Part shown: positions 26,201 to 35,655 of the stretch, piece by piece
How the letters are laid out: each line of letters begins with the position of its first letter
Position numbering within the stretch: the stretch's first letter is position 1
Origin: Prevotella sp.
GTDB taxonomy: Bacteria > Bacillota > Clostridia > Lachnospirales > Lachnospiraceae
Length of the DNA stretch: 63,962 nt
Assembly: GCA_963616205.1 (NCBI GenBank)
Contig: CAVEKJ010000001.1
Span: forward strand, 1 to 63,962
Reading direction: 5' to 3'
Translations under genes and position numbers: made by a program
Notes under the pieces: model-generated
The model's input: only the letters and a program-made list of their open reading frames with translations
Told to the model about the DNA's origin: nothing
Databases searched by the model: none

Positions 26201-29119
26201 ACATTTACTAAAGTTAAGAAAGATAATAAGACCCCTCTTTCAGGTGCTATATTCAAACTGTATACAGACGATACCTGTACAACAGAATTTAAAACGGCAA
26301 CATCTGGAGAAGATGGAACAGTAAGATTTGACCAGCTTTTTCCGGGAACTTATTACATGAAAGAAGTTCAGGCACCTAATGGATATGTGGCTTCCAATGA
26401 AGTATGGACAGTGGATGTAACGGAAGGTAATGAGACAGCAACGTTGAAGGATAGCTCAGGAAAATCAGTTACGTCGATTGTAAATGAAACCCCAGAGGAA
26501 ATTATCAATTCCAGTATGGTGACTAGCAAAACAGCTAAAGTGAAAGACTGGGATCAGAGAACCTACGACATTACTATTAACGCAACATCCACAAGTACAA
26601 GTACCATAACTTCAACAAAAACGCCTGTGGCAGATATCATGTTGGTATTGGATGTGTCCGGATCTATGAAAAAAGATCTTTATTCGTACACATATTTTGC
26701 TGATAATACTTCTGAAGTAAGAGGTAACAGTAAGCTTCTAGACCGTAATACAACGTATTATATTGACGTGGATGGTTCTTATAAGGAGATGAAGTATTCT
26801 TATAGGTACAATAGGTGGAATGTGGGTTCATCGGATAATGCAGCGAGCGACAGATATAGTAATTGTAAAATATATACAAGAACTAGTTCAACCCGGCTTG
26901 CTGCACTTAAGAGTGCTGTAAATCAGTTTATAGATGATACAGCGAGTAAATCTCCGAATAGTAAAATTGGTATTACTGTATTTAGTAGCGACGGCTATGG
27001 TTATCATGGAAACTCTGTAAGTCTGGGAGAAGTAGGTACTGCAGATAGTGCAAAGGTAACGGAGCTTAAGAAGTTCGTTAACAAGTTGGAGGCGAATGGG
27101 GGTACGGATCCTGCGGTAGGACTTGAGGATGCAAAGAACAAGTTGGATGTTGCGGGTGATACAAATCCTAAGTATGTAGTTCTGTTCACCGATGGTAAGC
27201 CAACTGGAGGTGGTTCTAGCTGGAGTGAATCAGCACAGAAAAATGCTGAGGCTCAGGCAAGCGAATTAAGAACAGGCCTGAGAAATGAGGTAAAGAAAAA
27301 AGATCCATATACAGTATATACCATAGGCTTTGCACTTAATGACGAAGGGGAACGTGCGAAGACGTTCTTGTCTGGTGGTACGTATGATGACGACACGTAT
27401 CCAGGAATTGCTTCATCACCAGAATGTGCAAAAACAGCAGATGATGCGGCATCACTTACACAAATCTTCCAGAGTATCAGTAGTACAATTAGTAAGAACA
27501 TTGACATTACCGGTGCAACAATTACTGATGTGATTGACAATAGATTTGAAATTGTAGATAGAGGTAATGTTATCACCGAAACCAATTTCGTAGATGGGAA
27601 ATATGAATTAGAGAATGGTGGAATTGTAACAAAGCGTGATGACGGTACTTATCAGGTACAGTGGACTGATCAGACCATTAAATACACGACAGATGGAACA
27701 AACGGCTGGAGTAGAACCATTACTGTAAAAGCCAAAGATAGTTTCATCGGTGGTAACAATATTCCTACCAATGTCAAACCTGATTCTAAGATTAGCGTAG
27801 GAGATTTGGAGAAAGTATTGGATCAGCCGACGGTTAATGTAAAAGTTAACATGGTAGTCCATGATAAAACAATTACCATCTATAAAAGTGATGAAGTACC
27901 GATGGATGATGCGATTCGGGAACAGTTATTTAATATTAAGGGAGAAACATCTTACACGAATGGTACAGTAAGCGAAAAAGATTCTAAAAAAGAGGATGAT
28001 ACATCATTAGTTAAATTACAGTGGTTTAAAAAAGACAAAGATGGTAACAGAATAAACATCGATGAGTCTGAAATAAAAACTGCACTTGATGATGGGACTG
28101 AGTATTATCTTGAAGTAACTTATACTGCTCCAACAGAATCAACGGAAACAAGTAAAAATAATACAGACGGACATTTCGTTGGAACTGAGACAGCGAAAAA
28201 TCCTGATAATAATAACAACCCTTATGGCATTTATAAGATTAATGTTATTAAAGGCCAGATTCAGATTACAAAGAATGTGACAGAAAAAGCAGAAACAAAT
28301 AGAATATTTACATTCAATGTAATCGGAAAAAATAAAGATAATAATGAAATTTTGCAAAAATCTGTTGATGTTGTAGTTAAAGCTGGAGAAACCAGTGGAA
28401 CATTTACATTACTGGAGCTTGCGAGAGGTACGTATACTGTAACAGAGCAAGATTCGGAAGGTTACTCTATCAAGGAATTTAATATTTTAGAAGAGACAGA
28501 TTGCGAAAACTCTAAGACAGAAAATACTAAGTCAGCTACTTTTGTGCTTGGTAATGATGTAAATGGAATCGATGTCATAAGCAAACCGGCATATACTTAT
28601 ACATCTGGTGGTGTGAAAGGTGTTGTTTCTTATACGAATGAGTCAGTAACAAATTTGGATCTGAAAAAGACAGATGTTAACAATAATCCATTAAATGGTT
28701 CCAAATTCATGTTAGAAATAAAAGGCAATGAAGGATGGGAACCTGTTATGGATGAAGTAGAAGTAAAGAATGATAGTACAATTGAATTAAGCAGTTTAAA
28801 GTCAGGTCTTTATAAGTTAACAGAGATTACTTCACCAAAGGGCTATTCATTATTAGGTAACAGTATTTATTTCAAAGTTACATTAGGAAATGTAGAACTT
28901 GTTGGCGAAAATGGAGAGCCATCAGAAATTAATGAGATGTGGACTTTGGATAAAGATAATAAAGTTTTAACAATCAAAAATGCTAAACTTTATTCCTTAC
29001 CAGAATCCGGAGGTCCAGGAATCTATGGATTTACAATCAGTGGTGTAGCGATTCTTGCAACTGCACTCCTGTTGTTTATAAATAATAGACGAAGGGAGGA
29101 AGAAGCAAAGAGGTCGTAA
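23258..29119 (+). CDS. Pilus tip adhesin: signal peptide, SH3b, fibro-slime/PA14-like, CnaB/SpaA, VWA domains, LPESG sorting signal
   Basis: TNLRVSPSTEAEV..WYKVSY (SH3b); HNYYFGM..FKGDDDMWV..IDLGGIH (fibro-slime); LVLDVSGSM..LFTDG (VWA MIDAS); EVQAPNGY; LPESGG + TM + basic tail. Confidence 0.9.
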   Translation: MKKLRNNKIRKLLAFMVALALMVSCMPSAYTISASEAFGDGTDDIFTDGEFTSEPTAEESTPDVSGADQVEQEQAQQTTLTYENDSVKVTAEALEDGALPQNTTLKADTVNENSSVSYDTVSQKLSTAAVNKGSSLRGFFAYDVYFADGDGNRVEPNGRIRVTFEYKTPAAPELTDAASTSVTVEKLHYNSSTGDTDVNTLQANEDLKVLNVNESKQIQTLQVETGNAAVFAVMWDSPETAEVNEEAVAEDTEDVYDNADKVSIASEEFSDASDISDEPEQDAAETPAAEEPEVTPDAEPAEEPAVEPTETPDVEPTEAPAEEEPAEDIESPDEVPAADENGETSLIEVVGDETNLRVSPSTEAEVLTTVNAGTQLTLLDTVTAEDGATWYKVSYEGTEAYIRSDMAQIVGTDEEVPEDVQEEEAQPEITRYDYKSDEVNVKVTLTDPADLPDNAELSVTPVELSQEAEDQITEEAIKEKKAIEKIHSYDIKFLVDGEEVQPGNTVKVSVSLNDEKKIKDADVYHVDAEDNIENMDGSVAKNGDVEFETTHFSTYVIVNKKDSGTINVTVEHYDSDTNNKIYADDKWENLTVGQQVNCKKALNWDIDRVEVTTTSGDTAPTPDSSGKIYLAQDATVKVYYTPSTGTTVGTPTFYDYTVKAVADNQASKYGYPSINQDDSYSSDSSISSNKILMGAYTHQYSDKYQYSWTKDGKIVNDWTGKPAQGEQPTVITGLLKGVNSDGSVKFNYQEPGLFVNSDKTVQIGNEQRYLRQIYQNYKLGFVRSGDSYSLKEVKDGSGNVVTDQYDSETGNNFFPLDSVKKSYENSYKTKSDSHIDDGDTREHNYYFGMRYDIKFKLGDYVGDLNYSFKGDDDMWVVLDGGKIKEDGTVDYGKVIIDLGGIHDAASANVDLWKELFGSDYANGASNKDAKRASLTKDQKNEEHTLTVLYLERGAGLSNCKMNFTLPNAEISSVTTTDLANLTFTKVKKDNKTPLSGAIFKLYTDDTCTTEFKTATSGEDGTVRFDQLFPGTYYMKEVQAPNGYVASNEVWTVDVTEGNETATLKDSSGKSVTSIVNETPEEIINSSMVTSKTAKVKDWDQRTYDITINATSTSTSTITSTKTPVADIMLVLDVSGSMKKDLYSYTYFADNTSEVRGNSKLLDRNTTYYIDVDGSYKEMKYSYRYNRWNVGSSDNAASDRYSNCKIYTRTSSTRLAALKSAVNQFIDDTASKSPNSKIGITVFSSDGYGYHGNSVSLGEVGTADSAKVTELKKFVNKLEANGGTDPAVGLEDAKNKLDVAGDTNPKYVVLFTDGKPTGGGSSWSESAQKNAEAQASELRTGLRNEVKKKDPYTVYTIGFALNDEGERAKTFLSGGTYDDDTYPGIASSPECAKTADDAASLTQIFQSISSTISKNIDITGATITDVIDNRFEIVDRGNVITETNFVDGKYELENGGIVTKRDDGTYQVQWTDQTIKYTTDGTNGWSRTITVKAKDSFIGGNNIPTNVKPDSKISVGDLEKVLDQPTVNVKVNMVVHDKTITIYKSDEVPMDDAIREQLFNIKGETSYTNGTVSEKDSKKEDDTSLVKLQWFKKDKDGNRINIDESEIKTALDDGTEYYLEVTYTAPTESTETSKNNTDGHFVGTETAKNPDNNNNPYGIYKINVIKGQIQITKNVTEKAETNRIFTFNVIGKNKDNNEILQKSVDVVVKAGETSGTFTLLELARGTYTVTEQDSEGYSIKEFNILEETDCENSKTENTKSATFVLGNDVNGIDVISKPAYTYTSGGVKGVVSYTNESVTNLDLKKTDVNNNPLNGSKFMLEIKGNEGWEPVMDEVEVKNDSTIELSSLKSGLYKLTEITSPKGYSLLGNSIYFKVTLGNVELVGENGEPSEINEMWTLDKDNKVLTIKNAKLYSLPESGGPGIYGFTISGVAILATALLLFINNRRREEEAKRS

Positions 29120-29189
29120 CACATTAATTGTAAATAGCCAATGAAGGGCGAAAAAGAAAAAAATGCAGAGAAAGAAAGGAGCAAACCTT

Positions 29190-30566
29190 ATGAAAAATTT
29201 ATTCAAAAAGATTGGTGCATTATTAGTGGCGGCAGTTATGGTACTGTCTATGTGCACAGCAGTATTCGCAGCTGATACAGCAGCTACAACGGCAACAGGA
29301 AGTATTACGATAAATGGTTTAACTGCAAACGATAATACTACATTGAAGGTTTATAAAGTAGTTGGTTTTGATGAAGCGAAAAGCGATTGGACTATTGAAA
29401 AATGGGCAGCCAGCGGAGCAACTAATACTAATCATGTAGTTACTATTAACTGGGGAACATTAGCAACAATAAATCCACTTCCAGAACCAGTAGAAGAAAT
29501 CTCTGTTCCTGCAAATCAGACATCATATACAATTGAGGGACTGGAAATAGGTGCGTATATGATTCTTGCAACTGGTACTAACACAGTATACACTGTTATG
29601 GGTGAGGCACCTTACGGCTATGATAGTAATAATTTGATTGTTCCAGCTTCTAAAACAATTGATGCAAAAGCATCCACTTATAAGGTTTTTAAAACTTTAG
29701 AAAATGGTGATCAGATATTTGTAAAAAAAGGTGAAGAAGTAAAGTTTGATATTAATACTACATTCCCAAGTTATGCCAACGGAGATACAAACAGAGAATT
29801 CACTATTACAGATGAACCAACAGGCATGTACATTAAGGATGTTAAAGTATATGTAGGTGATATGAATACCCCTGTAGATTCTGCTGACTATACTTTGACA
29901 CCAGATAAATTACCGGCTGCTGAGAATGAAACAGTAACTGTAGCATTTAATTCAAACTATATCGGAGAGAACAATGATCATGCAGGTCAGGCTGTAAAAG
30001 TTGTAGTAACTACAGTTATTACAAGTGATACACATTATACCAATGAGGCTACTGTAAATAAGGGAAGCGAGCCTTCAACAGTAGAAGGTTGGTCTGGATC
30101 CATCACAATTAACAAAAAAGATCCTAATGGTAATGCACTGAAGGGTGCAACCTTCCAGATTAAAAAAGACGGAGAAGAAAATCCTATTCAGTTTGTAAAA
30201 ACTGCGACAGGTGAGTATACAATGGTTACGGCTGATACAGATATGACAGAAAAAACTGCAGTAACAGATGTAGAAGCAACTGAAGGAACCGTTTTAGTGA
30301 AAGGTCTTGGCGCTGGAACTTATGTAATAACAGAGACAAAAGCACCAAAAGGATATAGCATTAATAGCAACATCGAAAATGTGACACTTAAAAAAGACAC
30401 AGAAAATACGCGTAATATAACTATAGAAGTAGAAGATACTAAACTTGGTGAGCTTCCATCCACAGGTGGCATGGGAACATATCTCTTCACTATCATCGGT
30501 GTTGTAGTTATGGCTGGCGCAGCTGGTGCTTTCTTCATCAGCCGCAGAAGAGGATCTGAGGAGTAA
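29190..30566 (+). CDS. Major (backbone) pilin, SpaH/EbpC-like
   Basis: Signal peptide, E-box YVITETKAPKGY, LPSTGGMG + TM + RRR. Confidence 0.9.
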   Translation: MKNLFKKIGALLVAAVMVLSMCTAVFAADTAATTATGSITINGLTANDNTTLKVYKVVGFDEAKSDWTIEKWAASGATNTNHVVTINWGTLATINPLPEPVEEISVPANQTSYTIEGLEIGAYMILATGTNTVYTVMGEAPYGYDSNNLIVPASKTIDAKASTYKVFKTLENGDQIFVKKGEEVKFDINTTFPSYANGDTNREFTITDEPTGMYIKDVKVYVGDMNTPVDSADYTLTPDKLPAAENETVTVAFNSNYIGENNDHAGQAVKVVVTTVITSDTHYTNEATVNKGSEPSTVEGWSGSITINKKDPNGNALKGATFQIKKDGEENPIQFVKTATGEYTMVTADTDMTEKTAVTDVEATEGTVLVKGLGAGTYVITETKAPKGYSINSNIENVTLKKDTENTRNITIEVEDTKLGELPSTGGMGTYLFTIIGVVVMAGAAGAFFISRRRGSEE

Positions 30567-30710
30567 TCGTAAGATTGCCTGAGAGATTCAATAAAAAACA
30601 GTCGATAGTAAAATGCAAGTAATATTATCGACTGAGAGTTGAAATATAAGCAACAAAACAAGAGCAATATCACAACAGACTAATCCCCGATTAATCTGTT
30701 AAGTAAATCA

Positions 30711-30746
30711 TTACCGCCCGGCCCTTTCGGGGGCCGGGAGTGGTAA
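30711..30746 (+). other. Stable stem-loop between backbone pilin and sortases (possible mRNA stabiliser/attenuator)
   Basis: TTACCGC-CCGGCCCT-TTCG-GGGGCCGG-GAGTGGTAA; no U tract. Confidence 0.5.
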
Positions 30747-30755
30747 TACAACAGT

Positions 30756-31628
30756 ATGGAGAAACCTATGAGAAAGAATAAGAAGAGAAATTATATTGGA
30801 CTTGGTTTGCTGTTTCTGATAGGATTGTCCATACTGCTGTATCCGATGGTCAGTGATGCGTGGAACCGGTACAGGGACAGCTTGCTGATCAGTAATTATA
30901 GCAGCAGTGTTTCTTCGGATGAGAATGCGGAGAAGATTGACAGCATGTGGAAGGCAGCACAGAAGTATAACGAACAGATCAAACAGGAAAGTGTGCCGGA
31001 TGCTTTTTCCGTAAGGGATGGACAGACGGACAGTACATATGAGTCTCTTCTGAATCTGAATGGCGATGGAATGATGGGGTATGTGGAGATTCCTGTGATC
31101 GATGTGAGCATTCCAATCTATCATTACACAACCGATGAGTCTCTGGAGAAAGGTGCCGGTCATTTGTTCGGCAGCAGTCTTCCGGTGGGCGGCAAGAGTA
31201 CCCATTGTATTTTGTCGGCACACAGAGGACTTCCAAGTGCGAAACTTTTTACAGATCTGAATCTTGTGGAAGAGGGAGATGTTTTTTACCTGCATGTGCT
31301 GGGTAAGACTCTTGCCTATGAAGTGGATCAGATCCTTACCGTTCTTCCGCAGCAGACAGAATCCCTGGGAATCACGGAGGGGGATGACTATGTAACTCTG
31401 GTTACGTGTACCCCGTATGCGGTGAATACCCACAGACTTCTGGTAAGGGGACACAGAGTTCCGGTGAAGGCTGCGAAAGAAGTTCAGAAATCAGAGAAGA
31501 AAGTTACCGGAATCACCAATCCGACGCTTCCGATGCTTGCTCTCTGTGTTGTGATCGGAATTGTGATCGCGGTGATTCTTGTTACGGTTATCAATTCTGC
31601 TCAGAACAAAAAACGATGCAGGAAATAG
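30756..31628 (+). CDS. srtC: Class C (pilin) sortase
   Basis: GAGHLFGSSLPVGG, SAHRGLP, TLVTCTPYAVNTHRLLVRG; DAF lid; N- and C-terminal TM. Confidence 0.95.
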   Translation: MEKPMRKNKKRNYIGLGLLFLIGLSILLYPMVSDAWNRYRDSLLISNYSSSVSSDENAEKIDSMWKAAQKYNEQIKQESVPDAFSVRDGQTDSTYESLLNLNGDGMMGYVEIPVIDVSIPIYHYTTDESLEKGAGHLFGSSLPVGGKSTHCILSAHRGLPSAKLFTDLNLVEEGDVFYLHVLGKTLAYEVDQILTVLPQQTESLGITEGDDYVTLVTCTPYAVNTHRLLVRGHRVPVKAAKEVQKSEKKVTGITNPTLPMLALCVVIGIVIAVILVTVINSAQNKKRCRK

Positions 31629-31631
31629 TTT

Positions 31632-32549
31632 ATGGCTAAAAAGAAAAAAAAGAAAAAGAGTAATGTTGTCCTGAACATCATTATCGGCCTGGTGTTTCTG
31701 GCCGGGGCGGGGGTGTTCCTTTATCCGACGATCAGTGATATGTGGAACCAGTATCGAAATGCCCTGCTGGTCAGTAAGTACGAGGAAGCGGTAACAGATC
31801 TTTCGGACAAAAAGTATGACAGGCTGTGGAAAGAAGCGAAGGAGTATAATGCCGAACATCCGGTGAATGCCATTGTAGATGCTTTTGAGGAAGAGGATAC
31901 GTATGAACTGAGTCATCCTTATGATCAGGTTCTGGATCCAAATGGCGATGGTCTGATGGGCAGTATCGAGATCCCGAAGATCAAAGCAAGGCTGGCTATC
32001 TATCATGGGCTGAGTAAGACGGTCCTGGAGAAGGGTGTCGGTCATGTGGAGGGTACCAGTCTTCCAATTGGCGGCAAGAGCACACATGCGGTTCTGGCGG
32101 CGCATCGAGGTCTTCCTAACGCGAAGCTTTTTACAGATCTGGATCAGATGGAAAAGGGAGATATTTTTATCCTGCATATTCTTGGGAAGAATCTTGCTTA
32201 CAAAGTGGATCAGATCAAGACGGTGCTTCCGGATGAGACCAGTGACCTGGATATCATTGAGGGTGAAGATCATGTGACTCTGATCACGTGTACCCCTTAT
32301 GGAGTTAATACCCACAGGCTTCTTGTCCGGGGAGTTCGGACGAAATATGTGGTGGAAGATACTAAGAATGACGAAACGATACCGCAGAAGCTTGCTGTTG
32401 TGGATCCGAAGAAGGTTCTGGCCGGCGGCGCTGCAGTGCTTGTTGTTCTGATACTGCTGATTTATCTGATCGTCCGTCATAAGGACAAAAAACGGAAAAA
32501 GAAGCATCTTTCAGAAAGGAAAGAGGAGGTAGAGAGCGATGAAAAATAG
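31632..32549 (+). CDS. srtC: Class C (pilin) sortase
   Basis: GVGHVEGTSLPIGG, AAHRGLP, TLITCTPYGVNTHRLLVRG. Confidence 0.95.
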   Translation: MAKKKKKKKSNVVLNIIIGLVFLAGAGVFLYPTISDMWNQYRNALLVSKYEEAVTDLSDKKYDRLWKEAKEYNAEHPVNAIVDAFEEEDTYELSHPYDQVLDPNGDGLMGSIEIPKIKARLAIYHGLSKTVLEKGVGHVEGTSLPIGGKSTHAVLAAHRGLPNAKLFTDLDQMEKGDIFILHILGKNLAYKVDQIKTVLPDETSDLDIIEGEDHVTLITCTPYGVNTHRLLVRGVRTKYVVEDTKNDETIPQKLAVVDPKKVLAGGAAVLVVLILLIYLIVRHKDKKRKKKHLSERKEEVESDEK

Positions 32550-34083
32550 AAGAAAGCAAGGGAAAATATTCCGGAGTCTTCTGGCTGTTCTGATGCTGAC
32601 GGCTATGCTGGTGACGAGTGTTTTGCAGCCGGTTTTTGCCGGGGACTACGAAGCAGGAAAAACCGGTAATCTGACGTTGACGCTTCAGCAGACATCGGAA
32701 GATGGAACTACACAGACTCCGCTTCAGGATGTAGGTCTGGCGCTTTATAAAGTCGGTGGTGTGGATACTTCTGATGGTAATGTGCATTTTGTGCTGGACG
32801 GAGCGCTGGCTTCAACGGGAATTGCGTTTGATTCCATTACCACTGCGGATGGCTGGTATGAAGCAGCGGAAACACTGGCTACAGCAGTGATCAATGCAGG
32901 CCTGGACGGGATTCCGAATTTTTCGGATGAAAATGGAAATATGACTTTTGAGGATCTGGCTGAGGGGATGTATCTGGTGGTACAGAATGATGGGAACACC
33001 AGTGTTACGGTTTCTCCGATGCTGATCTCCATTCCGTTTGCGGATGAGAATGAGGGTTGGCTGTATGATGTGACGGCTTATCCGAAGTCTGGAAGTAATC
33101 CGCAGGCGCAGACACAGATCCAGGTTACAAAGAGAGTCTACAACATTGATGAGGACCTGAATGTGATCCCGCTGGAAGCGGAGGATGCAACTTATAAGGT
33201 TGGCGTTTTTGCGGATGAGGATGGTACGATCCCGTTCCGCGATGATTATGCACAGGATATCCATATCCAGGGTGCATCCAGTGGTACAGCTACATGGACG
33301 GATGTTCCGGATGGTACCTATTATGTATTTGAGCTGGATGAAAACGGGAAACCGCTTCAGCAGAGTAAGGAGATCAAAGTGGATGATCAGACTTCTTACT
33401 ACTACAATGTTACGAAGACAAGTGGTGAGAGTGAGGAGAATTCCAATCAGCTTGTGATCGGTGGCGAGAGCGGTGCTACGGAGGATGCGGCTTATGTAAA
33501 TAACTACTATTCAACGGTTCCGGATGACTATTGGCGTACCGGATATATCGACCTCAAGAAGAATGTACTGATCGATGGTGTTGCTTCTACAGTGGACGAT
33601 ACGTTCTATGCGGGTCTATTCTCCGTTGAGAGTAATGGTGATTTACATCTTGAGAAGAAAGTAACTCTGAAACAGAATGGTAGTGTTCATATAACATTGG
33701 AGCTTCCAACGAATAAGGAACTCAATGAGGTTACTTACACCATTCTGGAGACGGATAAGGATGGAAATCCGGTTGATGATGATAATACATTTAAGTATAC
33801 AGTTACCGGTCAGGGGGAGGTTACACTGAACAATGATAACCGATATACTGTGACAAAAGAGATTACCAACAGTCTTTCTTCTGAGGCGACACCGACTCCA
33901 ACTCCGAATCCAAATAATGGTACGACCAACAAGACTACTCCAAATGATACCAGCGGTACAACAAGCCGTTCTGTAAAGACCGGCGATGATACACCGATCG
34001 GTGTATGGGTTGGAATCCTGGCAGCAGCGATCATCGTTGGTGGCGGTGCAGCTTATGGAGTACGGAGAAAGAAGAAAAAATAA
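32539..34083 (+). CDS. Basal/ancillary pilin with VKTGD sorting signal
   Basis: Signal peptide, GMYLVVQ, YDVTAYPK pilin motif, VKTGDD + TM + RRKKKK. Confidence 0.85.
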   Translation: MKNRRKQGKIFRSLLAVLMLTAMLVTSVLQPVFAGDYEAGKTGNLTLTLQQTSEDGTTQTPLQDVGLALYKVGGVDTSDGNVHFVLDGALASTGIAFDSITTADGWYEAAETLATAVINAGLDGIPNFSDENGNMTFEDLAEGMYLVVQNDGNTSVTVSPMLISIPFADENEGWLYDVTAYPKSGSNPQAQTQIQVTKRVYNIDEDLNVIPLEAEDATYKVGVFADEDGTIPFRDDYAQDIHIQGASSGTATWTDVPDGTYYVFELDENGKPLQQSKEIKVDDQTSYYYNVTKTSGESEENSNQLVIGGESGATEDAAYVNNYYSTVPDDYWRTGYIDLKKNVLIDGVASTVDDTFYAGLFSVESNGDLHLEKKVTLKQNGSVHITLELPTNKELNEVTYTILETDKDGNPVDDDNTFKYTVTGQGEVTLNNDNRYTVTKEITNSLSSEATPTPTPNPNNGTTNKTTPNDTSGTTSRSVKTGDDTPIGVWVGILAAAIIVGGGAAYGVRRKKKK

Positions 34084-34094
34084 ATAGTGGATGA

Positions 34095-34131
34095 GAAGAA
34101 CCGGGCGATGTGGAGGCCCGGTTCTTTTTTT
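34095..34131 (+). terminator. Terminator of the pilus operon
   Basis: AAGAACCGGGC..GCCCGGTTCTT + T run. Confidence 0.8.
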
Positions 34132-34241
34132 ACATTTACAGAGTTCTATTGGGACAATAAAATGTTATAATGGTTAATAATCTCGTAAATGCGAGTTGGA
34201 GAACAGACAGTAAGTAATAATATAAGAGAGAGGTTGCGGAT

Positions 34242-35378
34242 ATGAAAAAGGACCCGTTTAAAGAATATCTGAAAGAGTCTGAACCGGATAAGGCCAGCAA
34301 AGGTTATGCGTGGAGTACGGCAATCGGACTTCAGGCTGTTGATGGTCTTAAGACATCGGAATATCTGATCAATACTGCTATTCAGAATATTGAGGGAAAG
34401 ATCACGATTAAAGAAGCGCAGAATCTTATCAACAGTTATTATGAAGAACGACCAGTGCATTTTTCTGATGAGGAACGGACTGAGGAAGCGGACAAGGTGT
34501 CTTCACGGATCGCAGGCCTGCTTTCTGAAACAGCATTTTCATTTTCGCCAAATGAGTATATTTCAATCCACAGAAAGCTTTTTCAGGGAATTTACAGTCA
34601 TGCGGGAAGGATCAGAGATTATAATATTACGAAGAAGGAATGGGTGCTGGATGGTGCGACGGTTATATATGGCAGTGCGTCGGAACTGAAAGCTACGCTG
34701 GAGTATGATTTTTCCCAGGAGAAGGAATTTAGTTATAAGGGGCTTTCCATGGATGCGATCATTCATCATCTTGCAGTTTTTATTTCAAGATTGTGGCAGA
34801 TCCATATTTTTGAAGAGGGAAATACGAGGACTACAGCGGTGTTTTTTATCAAGTATCTGAGAATGCTGGGCTTTTCGGCAACTAATGATATTTTTGCAGA
34901 GAATGCATGGTATTTCCGAAATGCGCTTGTCCGTGCCAATTATACGAATCTGCAGAATGGTATCTATGAGACAACGGAGTATCTGGAGGTATTTCTGAGA
35001 AATCTGCTTTTGGATGAGAAGAATGAACTTCATAATCGAGCGATGCATGTCAGTGGGATACTGGATATGGAAAAAGTGGATATTGGGGACAAGAAAGTAG
35101 ATATTGGGAATGAAAAAGTGGATATTGGGGATGAAAAAGTAGATATTGAGAAGCTTTTTTTGGAAACGGGTATAGCTTTTTCAAAAAAAACTACTGGACA
35201 TATTTGCCGATTATTTGAAGAGGTCGGGTATGACGGTATTTTCAATAAGAGTGTGGTTAAGGAATTGATCGGCCTGAAAGATTCTGGTGCTTCGAAGTTT
35301 CTTTCCAAACTGGTACATGCAGAGGTTATTGAGCCGGTAGCGGGTTATGGAAAGGGAAAATACAGGTTCAAAAAGTAA
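34242..35378 (+). CDS. Fic-domain protein with N-terminal VbhA-like helix and C-terminal HTH
   Basis: WSTAIGLQAVDG; Fic motif HIFEEGNTRT; 21-bp tandem repeat (KVDIG) at ~35070-35150. Confidence 0.85.
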   Translation: MKKDPFKEYLKESEPDKASKGYAWSTAIGLQAVDGLKTSEYLINTAIQNIEGKITIKEAQNLINSYYEERPVHFSDEERTEEADKVSSRIAGLLSETAFSFSPNEYISIHRKLFQGIYSHAGRIRDYNITKKEWVLDGATVIYGSASELKATLEYDFSQEKEFSYKGLSMDAIIHHLAVFISRLWQIHIFEEGNTRTTAVFFIKYLRMLGFSATNDIFAENAWYFRNALVRANYTNLQNGIYETTEYLEVFLRNLLLDEKNELHNRAMHVSGILDMEKVDIGDKKVDIGNEKVDIGDEKVDIEKLFLETGIAFSKKTTGHICRLFEEVGYDGIFNKSVVKELIGLKDSGASKFLSKLVHAEVIEPVAGYGKGKYRFKK

Positions 35379-35407
35379 GGGATGATATTTTTTCTCGAAA
35401 ATTATTC

Positions 35408-35435
35408 TTGACATTTTGGTATGATAAGTATATTG
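35408..35435 (+). promoter_or_regulatory. Sigma-A promoter of the metK leader
   Basis: TTGACA-N17-TATTGT just upstream of the riboswitch. Confidence 0.5.
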
Positions 35436-35466
35436 TATGTGTTGCAGTAAATTTCATAAAAGATAG

Positions 35467-35570
35467 CCTTTTATTCAGAGTGGTGGAGATACAAAGGATC
35501 TGCGAAGCCACGGCAACCCCGGGAAATCCAGGAAGGTGCCAACCTGAGCGAGCAATCGAACAATAAGAGG
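35467..35570 (+). ncRNA. SAM-I (S-box) riboswitch
   Basis: CTTTTATTCAGAG-TGGTGGAGA..GCGAAGCCACGGCAACC..GGTGCCAA..AATAAGAGG upstream of metK; terminator AAACAGTCCG..CGGGCTGTTTTTT at ~35588-35617. Confidence 0.9.
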
Positions 35571-35655
35571 ATTGTTTACAGAACTTAAACAGTCCGGATT
35601 GTACGGGCTGTTTTTTATGTGTATAACCGTTGTTTTATTACAAAAGGAGAAGAAC

